A stretch of DNA of 64,000 nt from Mobula hypostoma (GCF_963921235.1 NC_086118.1:52948001-53012000); one strand, 5' to 3'; positions 40,619 through 53,069 are shown, numbered from the stretch's first letter. Program-made: numbers and translations. The notes: a model not told the origin generated them from the sequence alone.

Positions 40619-41028
40619 CTTCAAACTAGAAACTCGTTCAAATCAAACTGCAATGCAACAGAACAAAACAAGAAATTGACACGATGGTCAGCGTCAGCTA
40701 AATATTCTGCGAATTCAATTTCAAAGTACATAGTTAGCAACTAAAGAGTTAAATCTATAACACGTGAAGGAAACGTGCCCGTCATTTTGAGTTCGTGAAT
40801 TTAAAAATGGATACCACAGTTGATAAATCGGTAAAGACAATTACAGGGTTAAACAACACCAAGTGGGACACAATTTGTGATACTTGCTCGTACAAGTTAC
40901 GAAAGGGCAAAAAGTTTTATGGACACGCCACGCTTCAATGGGAACCGGCTTGGGCCCCTTTAAGGATTGCAACTATTATCTAGCTATGAATACCATTCGA
41001 GATAACTAATTAGGATAATTTTACGCAC

Positions 41029-41125
41029 CAGTTCTGTAGAGAGGTTAAATGTGCTCGCACAACCAGCTCCGACGTTGACCCACTACACCGAGGGATCCAC
41101 ACACCACAGCTCCAACAGAACTGGC
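41029..41125 (-). other. KPNA2: Probable non-coding exon 1 of KPNA2
   Basis: Donor CTG|GTGCGT at 41028, just downstream of the CCAAT/CHR promoter. The 5' boundary is an estimate. Confidence 0.55.
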
Positions 41126-41139
41126 GAGACCGTGGCGCC

Positions 41140-41275
41140 CCGGCTATTTAAATTCCTCAAGTTGTGCCGCTCCGATTGGCTCGTTCGATTCAAAGCAATT
41201 TCTTGATTGGTTGGTTTGAAAGAAGCCGGGGATGCAAAGGGAGAAGGATTTCCGTGGCAACCGCGCAGCCAATCA
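41140..41275 (-). promoter_or_regulatory. KPNA2 promoter: three CCAAT boxes plus CHR-like motifs
   Basis: ATTGG at 41175-79 and 41206-10, CCAAT at 41269-73. TTTAAA at 41147-52, TTTGAA on the minus strand at 41189-94 and on the plus strand at 41215-20. Confidence 0.75.
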
Positions 41276-42302
41276 GGTGGAGATTGTTAAAACTCCACTC
41301 CAAGGAGAGCGCCGACCGCGGTATCTGCCCTTGTTCTGGTGTAGACTGAATACTTGATTTCCTCATCTTCTTCCCTTTGCAACTAATTTTTAACTTTCAA
41401 CCACGTTATCCCAAATACTGCTGAGTTATTCACTGTCTCTCAGAGTCCAGAGGAAGTCAACTTTGGAAGAATTAGAATGGTACTTGAGGGAAAATAAGTT
41501 TGCTGGTGGTAAAATTTAGATGGACGAGTTGCTCTTTATGATCTCCTTCTGTGCCAGAACGGTCTGTAGTTATTGGGAATGAAATGTGAAATTGCTGGAA
41601 AATCTCAGCCTGGGCTGATTACCATTCCTGATAACCCTTGAGAAGGTGGTGTGGTCAGACATGTCGTAATGACTGTAATCCTCATTGTGAAGATGACCCC
41701 ACAACGCTGTTGGTAGCAATGTCAATGTCTGGGACGTAATGATGGTAATGACATTGGGTTTTTGCTTGTTGGTTGAGCTGATCAATACGGGCTACCTCAG
41801 TGACATCATCCACAAACAGGTTGGCTCCCATATGTACGCCGCCGTTCAGGAGTTCCGAGTTCAATTCCGGCCACGTTCTGTAAGGGGCCTATACATCCTC
41901 CCCGTAGAGTGTGTGAACTTTCCCCAGGCCTCCCTCAGTCCAAACTTGTACCGTGTTGGTTCATTTGTCATTGTAAGTCGACCCGCGATTAGGTTAGGGT
42001 TAATCAGGTTTGCTGGGCGTTGGAGGGGTGACTTGGCTCAAAGGGCTGGAAGGAAATCCTCCGCGCTGTATCGCTAAATAAATTGAGTGCTCGCCACACA
42101 GCACCATGTGGACAGAAATTGGCTGCAACCAAAAACCATTATGATGGTGAAGATTCAGTTATGGACCAGGTGTTGATCATAGAACACGTACAGTACATGT
42201 AGGAAGCTCTTAACCTACTCTAAGATCAATCTAACCCTCCCCTCCCACATAGGCCTCCATTTTTCTTTTGCCCGTGTAACTATCTCTCTTAAACATCCCA
42301 CA

Positions 42303-42615
42303 TGTGAGCACGTGGCCAAGCGGTTATGGCATTTGACGAGCGATCTGAAGGTCGTGAGTTCGAGCCCCAGCCGAGGCAGCGTGTTGTGTCCTTGAGCAAG
42401 GCACTTAACCGCACATTGCTCTGCGACGACACTGGTGCCAAGCTGTATGGGTCCTAATGCCCTTCCCTTGGACAACATCGGTGTCATGGAGAGGGGAGAC
42501 TTGCAGCATGGACAACTGCTGGTCTTCCATACAACCTTGCCCAGGCCTGCGCCCTGGAGAGTGAAGACTTTCCAAGCGCAGATCCATCATCTCGCTAGAC
42601 TAACAGATGCCTTAT
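42303..42615 (+). mobile_element. Second copy of the same tRNA/RTE-tail SINE
   Basis: Near-identical to the reverse complement of 14304-14607. Confidence 0.88.
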
Positions 42616-43269
42616 AAATGTCCCTAGATGTCCCTAAATGTCTCTACCACCACCCCAACTGCTCATTCCACATACTCACCACTCTTTGTGTTCAAAAAAA
42701 GTCCCCCTTATACGTTCCTACAAACACCATAAAATTATATCCCCTCATATTAGCCATTTCCACACTGGGAAAAATCTTTGTGACCACTCTATCTAAGCCT
42801 CGTATGATCTATACACCTCTATCAAGTCATCTCTCATCATTCTTCACTCTCAAGAGAAAAGCCCTATCTCACTCAACCTATCCTCCTAAGACATGCTCTT
42901 TAATCCAAGAAACATCCTGGCAAATCCCTCTGCACTCTCTCTACAACTTCCACATCCTTCTTCTGATGGGGGAACCAGAACTGATTCAGAATCAGAATCA
43001 GGTTGAACATCACTGGCATACGTTGTGAAATTTGTTGTTTTGCTGCAGCAGTACATAATGATAAAATCTACAAATTACAATAAGTATATATTAAAATATT
43101 AAATGACATAAGTGGTGGAAAAAGAGGAAACTAACTAAAGTATTGTTCATGGGTTCAGCGTCCGTTTAAAAATCTGATGGCAGAGGGGAAGAAGTTGTTC
43201 CTGAAACATCGTGTGTCTTCAGCCTCCTGTACTTTCTCCTTGATGGTAGCAATCAGAAGAGGGCAGACC

Positions 43270-45410
43270 ATCACTCCGCCAACCATTCCGTTAGGTTAGT
43301 TTTATCAAGCACACAACCTTCAAGGTGTGCCAGTGTTGGTTGTATTTTCTAATCCATACAGACTGTGGTCTCCTAGTGAGGAAGTCAAGGATCCAGTTGC
43401 AGAGGGAGGTACAGAGGCCCGGAATATGGAGCTTGTTGATTAGAACTGAGGGCTTGATTGTGTTGGACACTGAGCTCTGGTCAATAAACAGCATCCTGAC
43501 ATAGGTATTGGTATCATCCAGGTGATCCAAAGCTGAGTGGAGAGCCAGTAAGGTGGCATCTGCTGTAGAACTATTGTGGTGATAGGCAAATTGCACCCAG
43601 CCCAGGTCCTTGTTTAGGTATGAGTTGGTTCTAGCCATGACAAATTTCTCAAAGCACTTTATCACGGTCGATGTGAGTGCTGGTCCTTCATCAGACCAGC
43701 CATTGAGACAGCTCACCTGCCTCTTCTTGGACACTGGTATGATTATCGCCCTTCCGACCACAGGAGAGAGAGATTGAAGATCAGAATCAGAATCAGGTTC
43801 ATTATCAACAGCATGTGACATGAAATTTGTTAAATTAGCAGCACCAGTTCAATGCAATACATAATATAGAAGAAGAAACACAAAATAATAATAATTAAAT
43901 AAATTACGACATACATATTTTGAATAGATTAAAAATTGTGCAAAAAAACAGAAATACTACATATTTTAAAAAGTGAGGTAGTGTCCAAGGGTTCAATGTC
44001 TATTTAGAAATCAGGTGGCAGAGAGGAAGATGCTGTTCCTGAATCACTGTGTGTGTGCCTCCAGGCTTCTGTACCTCCTACCTGATAACAGTGAGAAAAG
44101 GGCATGTCCAGGGTGTTGGAGGTCCTTAATAATGGACATTCCCTTTCTGAGAATCCACTCCATGAAGATGTCCTGGGTACTTTGTAGGCTAGTACCCAAG
44201 ATGGAGCTGACTAAATTTACGACCCTCTGCAGCTTCTTTCGGTCCTGTGCGGTAGCCCCCCCCCCCCCATACCAGACAGTGATGCAGCCTGTCAGAATTC
44301 TCTCCATGGTACATCTATAGAAGTTTTTGAGTGTATTTGTTGACATACCAAATCTCTTCAAACAACTAATGAATTAAAGCCACTGTCGAGCCTTCTTTAT
44401 AACTACATCGATATGTTGGGACCAGGTTAGATCCTCAGATATATTGACACCAGGAACTTGAAACTGCTCACTCTCTCCACTTCTAATCCCTCTATGAGGG
44501 TTAGTATGTGTTCCTTCGTCTTACCCTTCCTGAAGTCGACAATCAGCTGTTTCGTCTTACTGACGCTGAACACACCTGCCAGATTTTCAGAGCCCCACCA
44601 GGGCTTGACGAGGGTCCACCCTCTCAAAAGATGTTCCGACGTTGGCCTCTGAGACAGAGATCACAAGGTCGTCAGAGGCTGAGGGATTTGCACAGGTGCA
44701 GTTTTATTCTCCCTTTCAAAGCGTGTATAAAAAACGTTGAGCTCATCTGGGAGTGAAACATCACAGCCTTTCACGATGTTAGTTCTGCTTTGCAGGAAGT
44801 ATTGGCCCTGATGTGCATCCAATTCGGTCTCTAACCTCAATTGGAATTGTTCTTTTAACCCTTAAGGTAGCTTTCTGTAGGTCATACCTGGATTTCTTGT
44901 GTAGATCTAGATCACCGGTCTTGAATGCCGCAGATCTAGCCCGTAGCAGACTGCGAATCTCCTGGTTCATCCATGGCTTTTGGTTGGGTATGTCTGGTAT
45001 GTTCTCAAAGGCACACACTCATCCACACAGCTCCTGATAAAGTCGATGACAACTGTGGCATATTCATTCAGATTTGAAGATGAATTCCTGAATATTGCCC
45101 AGTCTGCTGACTCAAAGCTGTCCTGTAAGTGCTCCTCTGCCTTCCCTGACCATGCCTTCCCAGTCTTCACCACTGATGCTGCATTCTTTAGTTTCTGCCT
45201 ATAGGCTGGGAACAGAAGTACAGCCAGACGATCAGGCACTCCAGTGAGGGCGTGCAATGGCACTGTAAATGCTCTTGTTTTTGGGATAATGTGGTCAAGT
45301 GTGTTGTCTCCTCTGGTTCCACACATGATATATTGGTGGTCGTTGTTCAGAGATGACTTTAAGTTGGCCTGGTTGAAATGTTGGCATGTTGGGAAAGGCA
45401 TCAGGGTGCC
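43270..45410 (-). mobile_element. Rex1/Babar-like LINE fragments (EN, RT and 3' end)
   Basis: ORFs 43291-43821, 44044-44361 and 44967-45401; (ATTCTG)n tail near 43780. Confidence 0.85.
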
Positions 45411-47509
45411 CAGCTCCGTAGCTGCTGATTACAGTGCCTGCCCGACATTGGCCTGATCACAATACTCCAAAGTGTGGTCTAACCAGAGTTTTATAGAGCT
45501 GCAACACTAGCTTGGGGCTCTTAAACTCAATCCCCTATCTTTATCAATGACATGAAAATTGGTGATTGAGTTGGTAGTGCAGAGGGTAAACATAGGCTAC
45601 TAAATAATACTAACCAGCTGGTAAATCGAGCAGGGCAATAACAGATAGAATTTAATCCTGATGAATGTGAGGTGATGCATTTGATAGTCAAATAGGGGTT
45701 GGGCATAGATAAGAATAGTAGGGCCCAAGGTAGTATTGAAGAAGAAAGGGTCCTGGGTAAACAAGGTTAGCGGCACAGGTAGACAGGGTGGTGAAGAAGA
45801 TATACTGGAACTGTCTTCATTAGCCAATGCATGGTCGATGTTGGTACAACTCTGTGAAACTTTGGTTAGGCCACAGATGGAATATCATGTGGAATTCTGC
45901 TCATTACCCAGTGGGAAGGATTTGATTGCACTGGACAGGGTGCAGAGAGTCTCCAGGATTTTGCCTGGGTTGGAATATTTCAGTTAAGGGAGACTGGATA
46001 GATTGGATATTTTTTCCTTGGAGTAAAGAGGATGGTGGGTGGTGGGGGGGGGGAGTGGAGGGGAGCGGTTAAGAACCAGATAGGGTAGATAATAAAGAGT
46101 GTTTCTCCTTAACAGAGGTGTCCAAGATCAAACAGCTTGTGTTTAAAAGTGAGGAAAGGAGGTTTAGAGGGAATCAGGCAGAGGCTGGTTGCAGTCTGTG
46201 ACATTCTGTAGGAGTTGAATTCGGCTATTCAGCCCATCATCTGCTCTGTCATTCCGTCATTGCTGATTTATTATCCCTCTCAACCCCATTTTTCTGACTT
46301 CTTACCAAAACTTTTGACACCCAGAATAATCAAGAACCTATCAATCTCCACTTCAAATATACACAGTGATTTGCCCTCCACACCTGTTTGTGGCAATGAA
46401 TTCCACAGATTCATCGTCCTCTGACTAAAGAAATTCTTCCTCATCTCTGTTCTAAAAAATGTTCCTTCTATTCTGATACAATGCCTTCTGGTCCTAGATT
46501 CTCCCACTATTGGAAATATCCTCTCCACATCCACTATCTCTTGGCCTTTCAATATTCAATAGGTTTCAGTTAGATTCCACACTCCCCCCCCGCCACAATT
46601 TTAATACATTCCAGCAAATAAAGGCCTAGAATGAATAAATGTTATACATTAATGGCTTAATTCCTGGGATCATTTTCATAAACTTCTGCTGGACCCTCTC
46701 CAATGCCAGCATATCCTTTCTTAGATATGAGGCCCAAGACTGCTCACAACATCCCAAGTCTGGTCTGACAGAATTCCCAGATTTCCACAATTCATGCTGT
46801 GAAGCTGACTCTCAAAGTACACAAACCTTCTAACTATTAACAGATCAGCTATCTGATGTGGTAAGTGAAAGTATCAATCTGGTCTGCAAGATCCCTAGAA
46901 CTAAATAACTTAGCTACATTATGTAGTTAAATAACCCTATCATCTTACACTGTAGGTCTTGAGAGATCAGTCCAGGTACCATGGGCCAGTATTTTGTGTT
47001 CTATCAACAAAGCTGTCCTCTTTTAACTTCAGACTGATTATTGCTTGCCATTTGCATTAAGAACTGAAGATGGGCTCCTATTTACAACAAGAAGCTGAAC
47101 AAAGAATATTGGTTGGAAGTTTACCTTACTCAAAAACAACCCTTTGATCTCTATGTTAGAAAGCTGAATTCGGCGATGTCCCTGGACAGTTACTATCCAT
47201 CACCCTGCCTCCACTTGCTAAGCAAAGATTTTTAACCCATTTTCTCCTTACAGAAATCAGTTTTGAGATCAGGCACAGCCAAGACTCCTCTTGGGAGCAA
47301 ACTATTACTCTACCAACCATTCTAGTAGGTTACCAGTGCTAGAAGAGCTCTCCTTGATCCAATGCTCAAAGAACTCATTGAGTACCGGGGTTTAGGTGTG
47401 ATTTTCTTGTTAGAGTATTCACTTCCTTAATCTCAACTGCACACATTTCTGAAATCTCAAAGGATTACTGCCATTATAATTTTTCCATAAATGTGTGACA
47501 ACAACGTAT

Positions 47510-48330
47510 TGTAAGAATTACCTCTTATAACCATTAGTGAGGCACAGAGAGATTGGTATTTACCGACAAGTACATTTATTGTTTAAACTAACAAGTACAT
47601 GAATTCATGCACTAAATATCTTGTGTGCACACCCGCTAAGTATCCCTGACTCTCCTGAATAGTCAAAGAATAGTGAAGGTATTACCCGGGCAAAGGAGTT
47701 TATGCTGGCCAGGCGTTCCTCGTCGTCCGATTACTCGCCACGTGTTTCACGCAAGGTTACTCACACTTGTATCTGCGATGGTTCTCTTCGAAGTTACCAC
47801 TACCAGCACACATGAACCATCCACTTTTATATCCATTCCTCATCAATTCAAATATCGCATTCCAGTGTCACTGGCCACAGGTCATGTGTCTGCCCTTTAA
47901 CACCTTGCTATTGGCTCTGGTCCAAGCTAGCATCCATTTATTGCTCTCTTCCCATCAAGTGACAGTCGATAATTTATGGCTTTTTGTTCTCAATCAGCAA
48001 TGAGCTTGAATCACTCCAGACAAGCACCAGTCCCAACATGCACAAACCCGCATGTTATATCCAACCAAAGAACATCTCACAAATAACTTCTTATTTGGAA
48101 ATGATCTCCAGTCCAGCAGATTACATGAAGTATCATTGTGCCTTCTTTAAGACATCGATCAAGCCCAGCATGTCAAGCTCACAAAATGGAGAATAGAGTG
48201 TCTTCACAAAATGGCAGCCTCCATCCCCAAGCACACGGCAAGAACAAGGACAATTAATCTGACTGTTTCCACTGTCCTTGGTTCATTCGAGTTCACTGAT
48301 TTGTAGAATGTAGTTCTTTCTGGCCAACAC
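47510..48330 (-). mobile_element. LTR-like sequence
   Basis: On the minus strand the order is CCAAT (~47910), TATAAAA (~47830), AATAAA (~47578), ending in TTACA. No TSD found. Confidence 0.45.
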
Positions 48331-48339
48331 ATTGATCAA

Positions 48340-48772
48340 TCATCAAAGTCGCTGGTGAACGCAGCAGGCCAGGCAGCATCTCTAGGAAGAGGTACAGTCG
48401 ACGTTTCAGGCCGAGACCCTTCATCAGGACTAACTGAAAGAAGAGCCAGTAAGACTCACAACACGCTGGAGGAACTCAGCAGGTCAGGCAGCATCCATGG
48501 AAACGATGAGTTGACGTTTCGGGCCGGAACCCTTCGTCAGGACTTTCCTCGGATACTGCCCAACCTGCTGAGTTCCTCCAGCGTGTTGTGAGTGTTGCTT
48601 TGATCCCAGCATCTGCAGATTATTTTGTGTTTAGTAGCTAGTAAGAGATCTCTTACTGGCTCTTCTTTCAGTTAGTCCTGACGAAGGGTCTCGGCCTGAA
48701 GCGTCAACTGCACCTCTTCCTAGAGATGCTGCCTGGCCTGCTGTGTTCACCAGCAACTTTTATGTGTGTTGT
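48340..48772. mobile_element. Nested fold-back Penelope-derived repeat with three hammerhead motifs
   Basis: Outer inverted arms at ~48340-48454 and ~48650-48762; inner inverted element at ~48455-48631. Confidence 0.85.
48396..48431 (-). ncRNA. Intact minimal type I hammerhead ribozyme motif
   Basis: AGTC-CTGATGA-AGGGTCTCGGCCT-GAAAC-GTC-GACT: stem I AGTC/GACT, full catalytic core, GUC cleavage triplet. Confidence 0.85.
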
Positions 48773-49145
48773 TTGTGATGGTCCTGATAGCTCTTCTCTT
48801 TGCAGCCCCCATAATGCCAAGGAGAGAGTAGGTTCTGCACAGGGAGCAACCACACCCCACCCCTATAGGCTCGCATCGTTCCCTCCACCCCTGTCTCTGG
48901 CTCTGCTCCGCCAGCTTTCTTAATGCTCTCAAACGCCTCCTCAATCCGGTCTTCCCAGGGCATTGTCAGTCCTACCATGATCACCTGCTTTGAGCTTTCT
49001 GACAGAATGACCATGTCAGGCCTCAGGGATGATGATGTGATGAAATCAGGGAACGTTTAATTGCTCACCAAGATCGACTCTCAGTTGCCAGCAAGCCTGC
49101 TGGTGATCTGGACTGGGGCTGAGGTTGGTCTCCAGCTTTGACAGC
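48772..49145 (-). mobile_element. HERO/R2-group LINE fragment (restriction-like endonuclease)
   Basis: SLRPDMVILSESSKQVIMVGLTMPWEDRIEEAFE matches the RPD..(E)LTVPWE RLE motif. Confidence 0.78.
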
Positions 49146-49742
49146 GGTAAATATGTAACGTCCAAATATGTGAGTGAAAGATGTTTATCAGTTCATCTTT
49201 CCACGGGATATCATTAGATCGAATTTTGTAACAGACACATCCCAACCCCCTTCAAGATGAAGTGAGAAACAGGCATATCCCTACAGAATATAAAGTGATC
49301 AGGCAGAGCCAGGAAAAAGACAGGAGCGAGGATAACACGATTAGGGATGTCCCTGCTCTTCACTCCTCCGGGGTCAAGGACGAACCAGGGGAATGGGTAA
49401 AAGTCGAGTACGAGACAGGGTATAGAAAAGCAGGTATACAACAGATGATAGTGCAGGTAGAGAATTGGAGTTAGCGAGTGGAGTCGTTATTTAAAAAAAA
49501 GGCAGAAGTCACCAAACTTCAGTCCTTGCAGGCCTCAACGTACAACAGAAGGAGCACTAAAAAAAATAATTCCAATGGCATGGGGAATTGTCCATTGTAA
49601 AACAAAAGATCTGTAACCCAACTTATCGTGCCAACCCCCCGGAAAAACTATTCGCTGCTGTGGAAGGTAAACTGCAACAGTCGGAAAGGTCTTGACTATT
49701 GTTACAGCGCGTATCCCTGAGGTACGATTGCGTTGGTTAAAC

Positions 49743-51227
49743 CATATAACCATATAACAATTACAGCACGGAAACAGGCCATCTCGGCCCTTCTAGTCCA
49801 TGCCGAACTCCTACTCTCACCTAGTCCCACCAACCTGCACTCAGCCCATAACCCTCCATTCTCTTCCTGTCCTTATATCTATTCAATTTAACTTTAAACA
49901 ACAACATTGAACCTGCCTCGACCACTTCTGCTGGAAGCTCGTTCCACACAGCCACCACACTCTGAGTAAAGAAGTTCCCCCTCATGATACCCCTAAACTT
50001 TTGCCCTTTAACTCCCAACTCATGTCCTCTTGTTTGAATCTCCCCTACTCTCAATGGAAAAAGCCTATCCATGTCAACTCTATCAATCCCCCTCATAATT
50101 TTAAACACCTCTATCAAGTCCCCTCTCAACCCTCTGCGCTCCAAAGAATAAAGACCTAACTTGTTCAACCTTTCTCTGTAACTTAGGAGGTGAAACCCAG
50201 GCAACATTTTAGTAAACCTCCTCTGTACTCTCTCAATTTTATTGACATCTTTCCTATAATTTGGTGACCAGAACTGTACACAATACTCCAAATTTGGCCT
50301 TACCAATGCCTTATACAATTTCAACATTATATCCCAACTTCTATACTCAATGCTTTGATTTATAAAGGGCAGCATACCAAAAGCTTTCTTCACCACCCTA
50401 TCCACATGAGATTCCACCTTCAGGGAACTGTGCACCATTATTCCTAGATCCCTCTGTTCTACAGCATTCTTCAATGCCCTACCATTTACCATGTATGTCC
50501 TATTTTGATTAGTCCTACCAAAATGTAGCACCTCACACTTATCAGCATTAAACTCCATTTGCCATCTTTCAGCCCATTCTTCTAATTGGCCTAATTCTCT
50601 CTGCAAGCTTTTAAAACCTACTTCATTATCCACAACGCCACCTATCTTAGTATCATCTGCATACTTACTAATCCAATTTACCACCCCATCATCCAGATCA
50701 TTAATATATATGACAAACAACACTGGACCCAGTACAGATCCCTGAGGCACACCGCTACACACCGTCCTCCAATCTGACACATAGTTATCCACCACTACTC
50801 TCTGGCGTCTCCCATCTAGCTACTGCTGAATCCATTTTACTACTTCGATATTAATGCCTAACAATTGAACCTTCCTAACTAACCTTCCGTGTGGAACCTT
50901 GTCAAAGGCCTTACTGAAGTCCACATAGACAACATCCACTGCTTTACCCTCGTCAACTTTCCTAGTAACCTCATCAAAAAATTCAATAAGATTTGTCAAA
51001 CATGACCGTCCACGCACAAATCCATGTTGACTGTTCCTAATCAGACCCTGTCTATCCAGATAATTATATATACCATCTCTAAGAATACTTTCCATCAATT
51101 TACCCACCACTGATGTCAAACTCACAGGCCGATAATTGCTAGGTTTACTCTTAGAACCCTTTTTAAACAATGGAACAACTTGAGCAATACGCCAATCCTC
51201 CGGCACCATCCCAGTTTCTAATGACAC
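49743..51227 (-). mobile_element. Young 5'-truncated CR1 LINE
   Basis: RT ORFs 50820-51227 and 49821-50795 (GVPQGSVLGP, YADD) are separated by one in-frame stop. GTTATATG-type tail. Confidence 0.95.
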
Positions 51228-51294
51228 GTCAATGAAGAGGAGATATTACTGATCAGCGCAGACTGTGGTCTCCTGATGAAGAAGTTAAACATTC

Positions 51295-51727
51295 ATAGTG
51301 ATAGTCATACTTTATTGATCCCGAGGGAAATTGGTTTTCATTACAGTTGCACCATAAATAATTAAATAGTAATAAAACCATAAATAATTAAATAGTAATA
51401 TATAAATTATGCCAGGAAATAAGCCCAGGACCAGCTCAGGGTGTCTGACCTTCCAAGGGAGGAGTTGTAAAGTTTGATGGCCACAGGCAGGAATGACTTC
51501 CTATGATGCTCTGTGCTGCACCTCGGAGGAATGAGTCTCTGGCTGAATGTACTCCTGTGCCCACCCAGTACATTATGTAGTGGATGGGAGACATTGTCCA
51601 AGATGGCATGCAACTTGGACAGCATCCTCTTTTCAGACACCACCGTCAGAGAGTCCAGTTCCATCCCCACAACATCACTGGCCTTACGAATGAGTTTGTT
51701 GATTCTGTTGGTGTCTGCTACCCTCAG
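51295..51727 (-). mobile_element. Rex1-like LINE 3' end; related short copy at ~30860-31050
   Basis: LDNVSHPLH...RKSFLPVAIKLYN and a (GACTAT)n-type tail. Confidence 0.85.
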
Positions 51728-52617
51728 TTGCAGAGGGAGTTACAGAGACCTGGGTTTTGAAGCTTGTTCATCTATACTGAAGGAATGATTCTGTGAAACG
51801 GTGATTGATAAACAGCAGACTGCCACATATTTCGCTGTTGTCCGAGCGCTCCATTTGACCATTCTGGGCCTGCACTGGAGTTTAGAAGAATGAGGTGGGA
51901 TCTCTTGGAAACCTATCGAATATTGAAAGGTCTAAACAGAGTGATGTGGAGAGGGTGTTTTCTAAAGAGGGATGTCCATTTAGAACTGAGAAGAGGGAGA
52001 ATTTCTTTAGCCAAGGGATGGTGAATCTGTGGAATTCTCTGTCACAAATTTAAGGCGGAGGTTGATTGGGGGGGGGTCTCGATTATTCAGGGCGTCAAGG
52101 GATACGGGGAGAAGGCAGGAGAATGGGGTTGAAAGGGATAATAAATCAGCCACGATAGAGAGCAGACTCAATGGGCCAAATAGCCTAATTCTGCTCCGAC
52201 ATCTTATGGTCTTACAAGCCTACAAAGAACAAATGTTCAAAAGAAGACAAACTGCAAACAAAAAAAAATACTGAGAACATGAATTGTCGTGTCCTTGACA
52301 GTTCTTCATGTAAATGTACTGAATGGTGCATTATTTGTTTATTTTTCATACGAGTCTGGAGAATTTTTATGACTTTACTTTGTATTATTGCCACAAAACA
52401 AAAATTCCACATCACATAAGACAGTGATGATAAACCTGACTTCGACGCTTTCTTTCATAAATACAAATAAATCTACATGCACACCGTCTGTTAGATATTA
52501 TTTGCTCAAGGCGATATTAGGATATGATTTATGGTTTTCTTCCGTTGAACTTTGAAGAATAATGCTTTCGCACGTCCCGGTGTAAGTAAGTCGCTGCTAA
52601 CACCGAGCTCTCGTGGT

Positions 52618-52690
52618 GACCCAGTGGCCTAATGGATAAGGCATCAGCCTCCGGAGCTGGGGATTGTGGGTTCGAGTCCCATCTGGGTCG
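52618..52690 (+). tRNA. tRNA-Arg, anticodon CCG
   Basis: GACCCAG...CTGGGTCG 73-nt cloverleaf, anticodon arm TCAGC-CTCCGGA-GCTGG, intact A and B boxes, Pol III terminator TTTTT at 52703-52707. Confidence 0.98.
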
Positions 52691-53069
52691 CGCTGCGGCA
52701 CCTTTTTGTGCCGCCTGCCCGCTTTCGCGGCCCCGCACTTTGTCGCCATGCGGGGGCTCCCCGGTAATTCGGGCAGCGGCTGTGCCGCCGCTCCCGTCCA
52801 CCCACGGCTGACCTCGGATGAGCGGCCTCGGCGGCGGGGGAGACCGTCGTTCGGACGCGTGTCTCAGTGGTGGTTCCAGTCGACCAGCGGGAGAGGGCGA
52901 TAGTGAGGCCCGATCTTCGCTCCAAATTGTCTGTTTTGTTTTAACAATGCAAGAATAGCCATCCATTGTTAGCACTCACAATAATAATTTAAAATGTTGA
53001 ATATTTTTAAAACTACAACAACATAAAAATGAGATAGAAAAACATTCAAAATGTTCATAGTTTAAAATT

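Noticed and set aside
46855-47340. Possible exons (donor at 46861, acceptors at ~47032 and ~47253)
   Set aside because: All frames stop early and show no recognisable homology.
52529-52975. 148-aa and overlapping ORFs across the tRNA
   Set aside because: These are chance ORFs in GC-rich DNA antisense to a tRNA.
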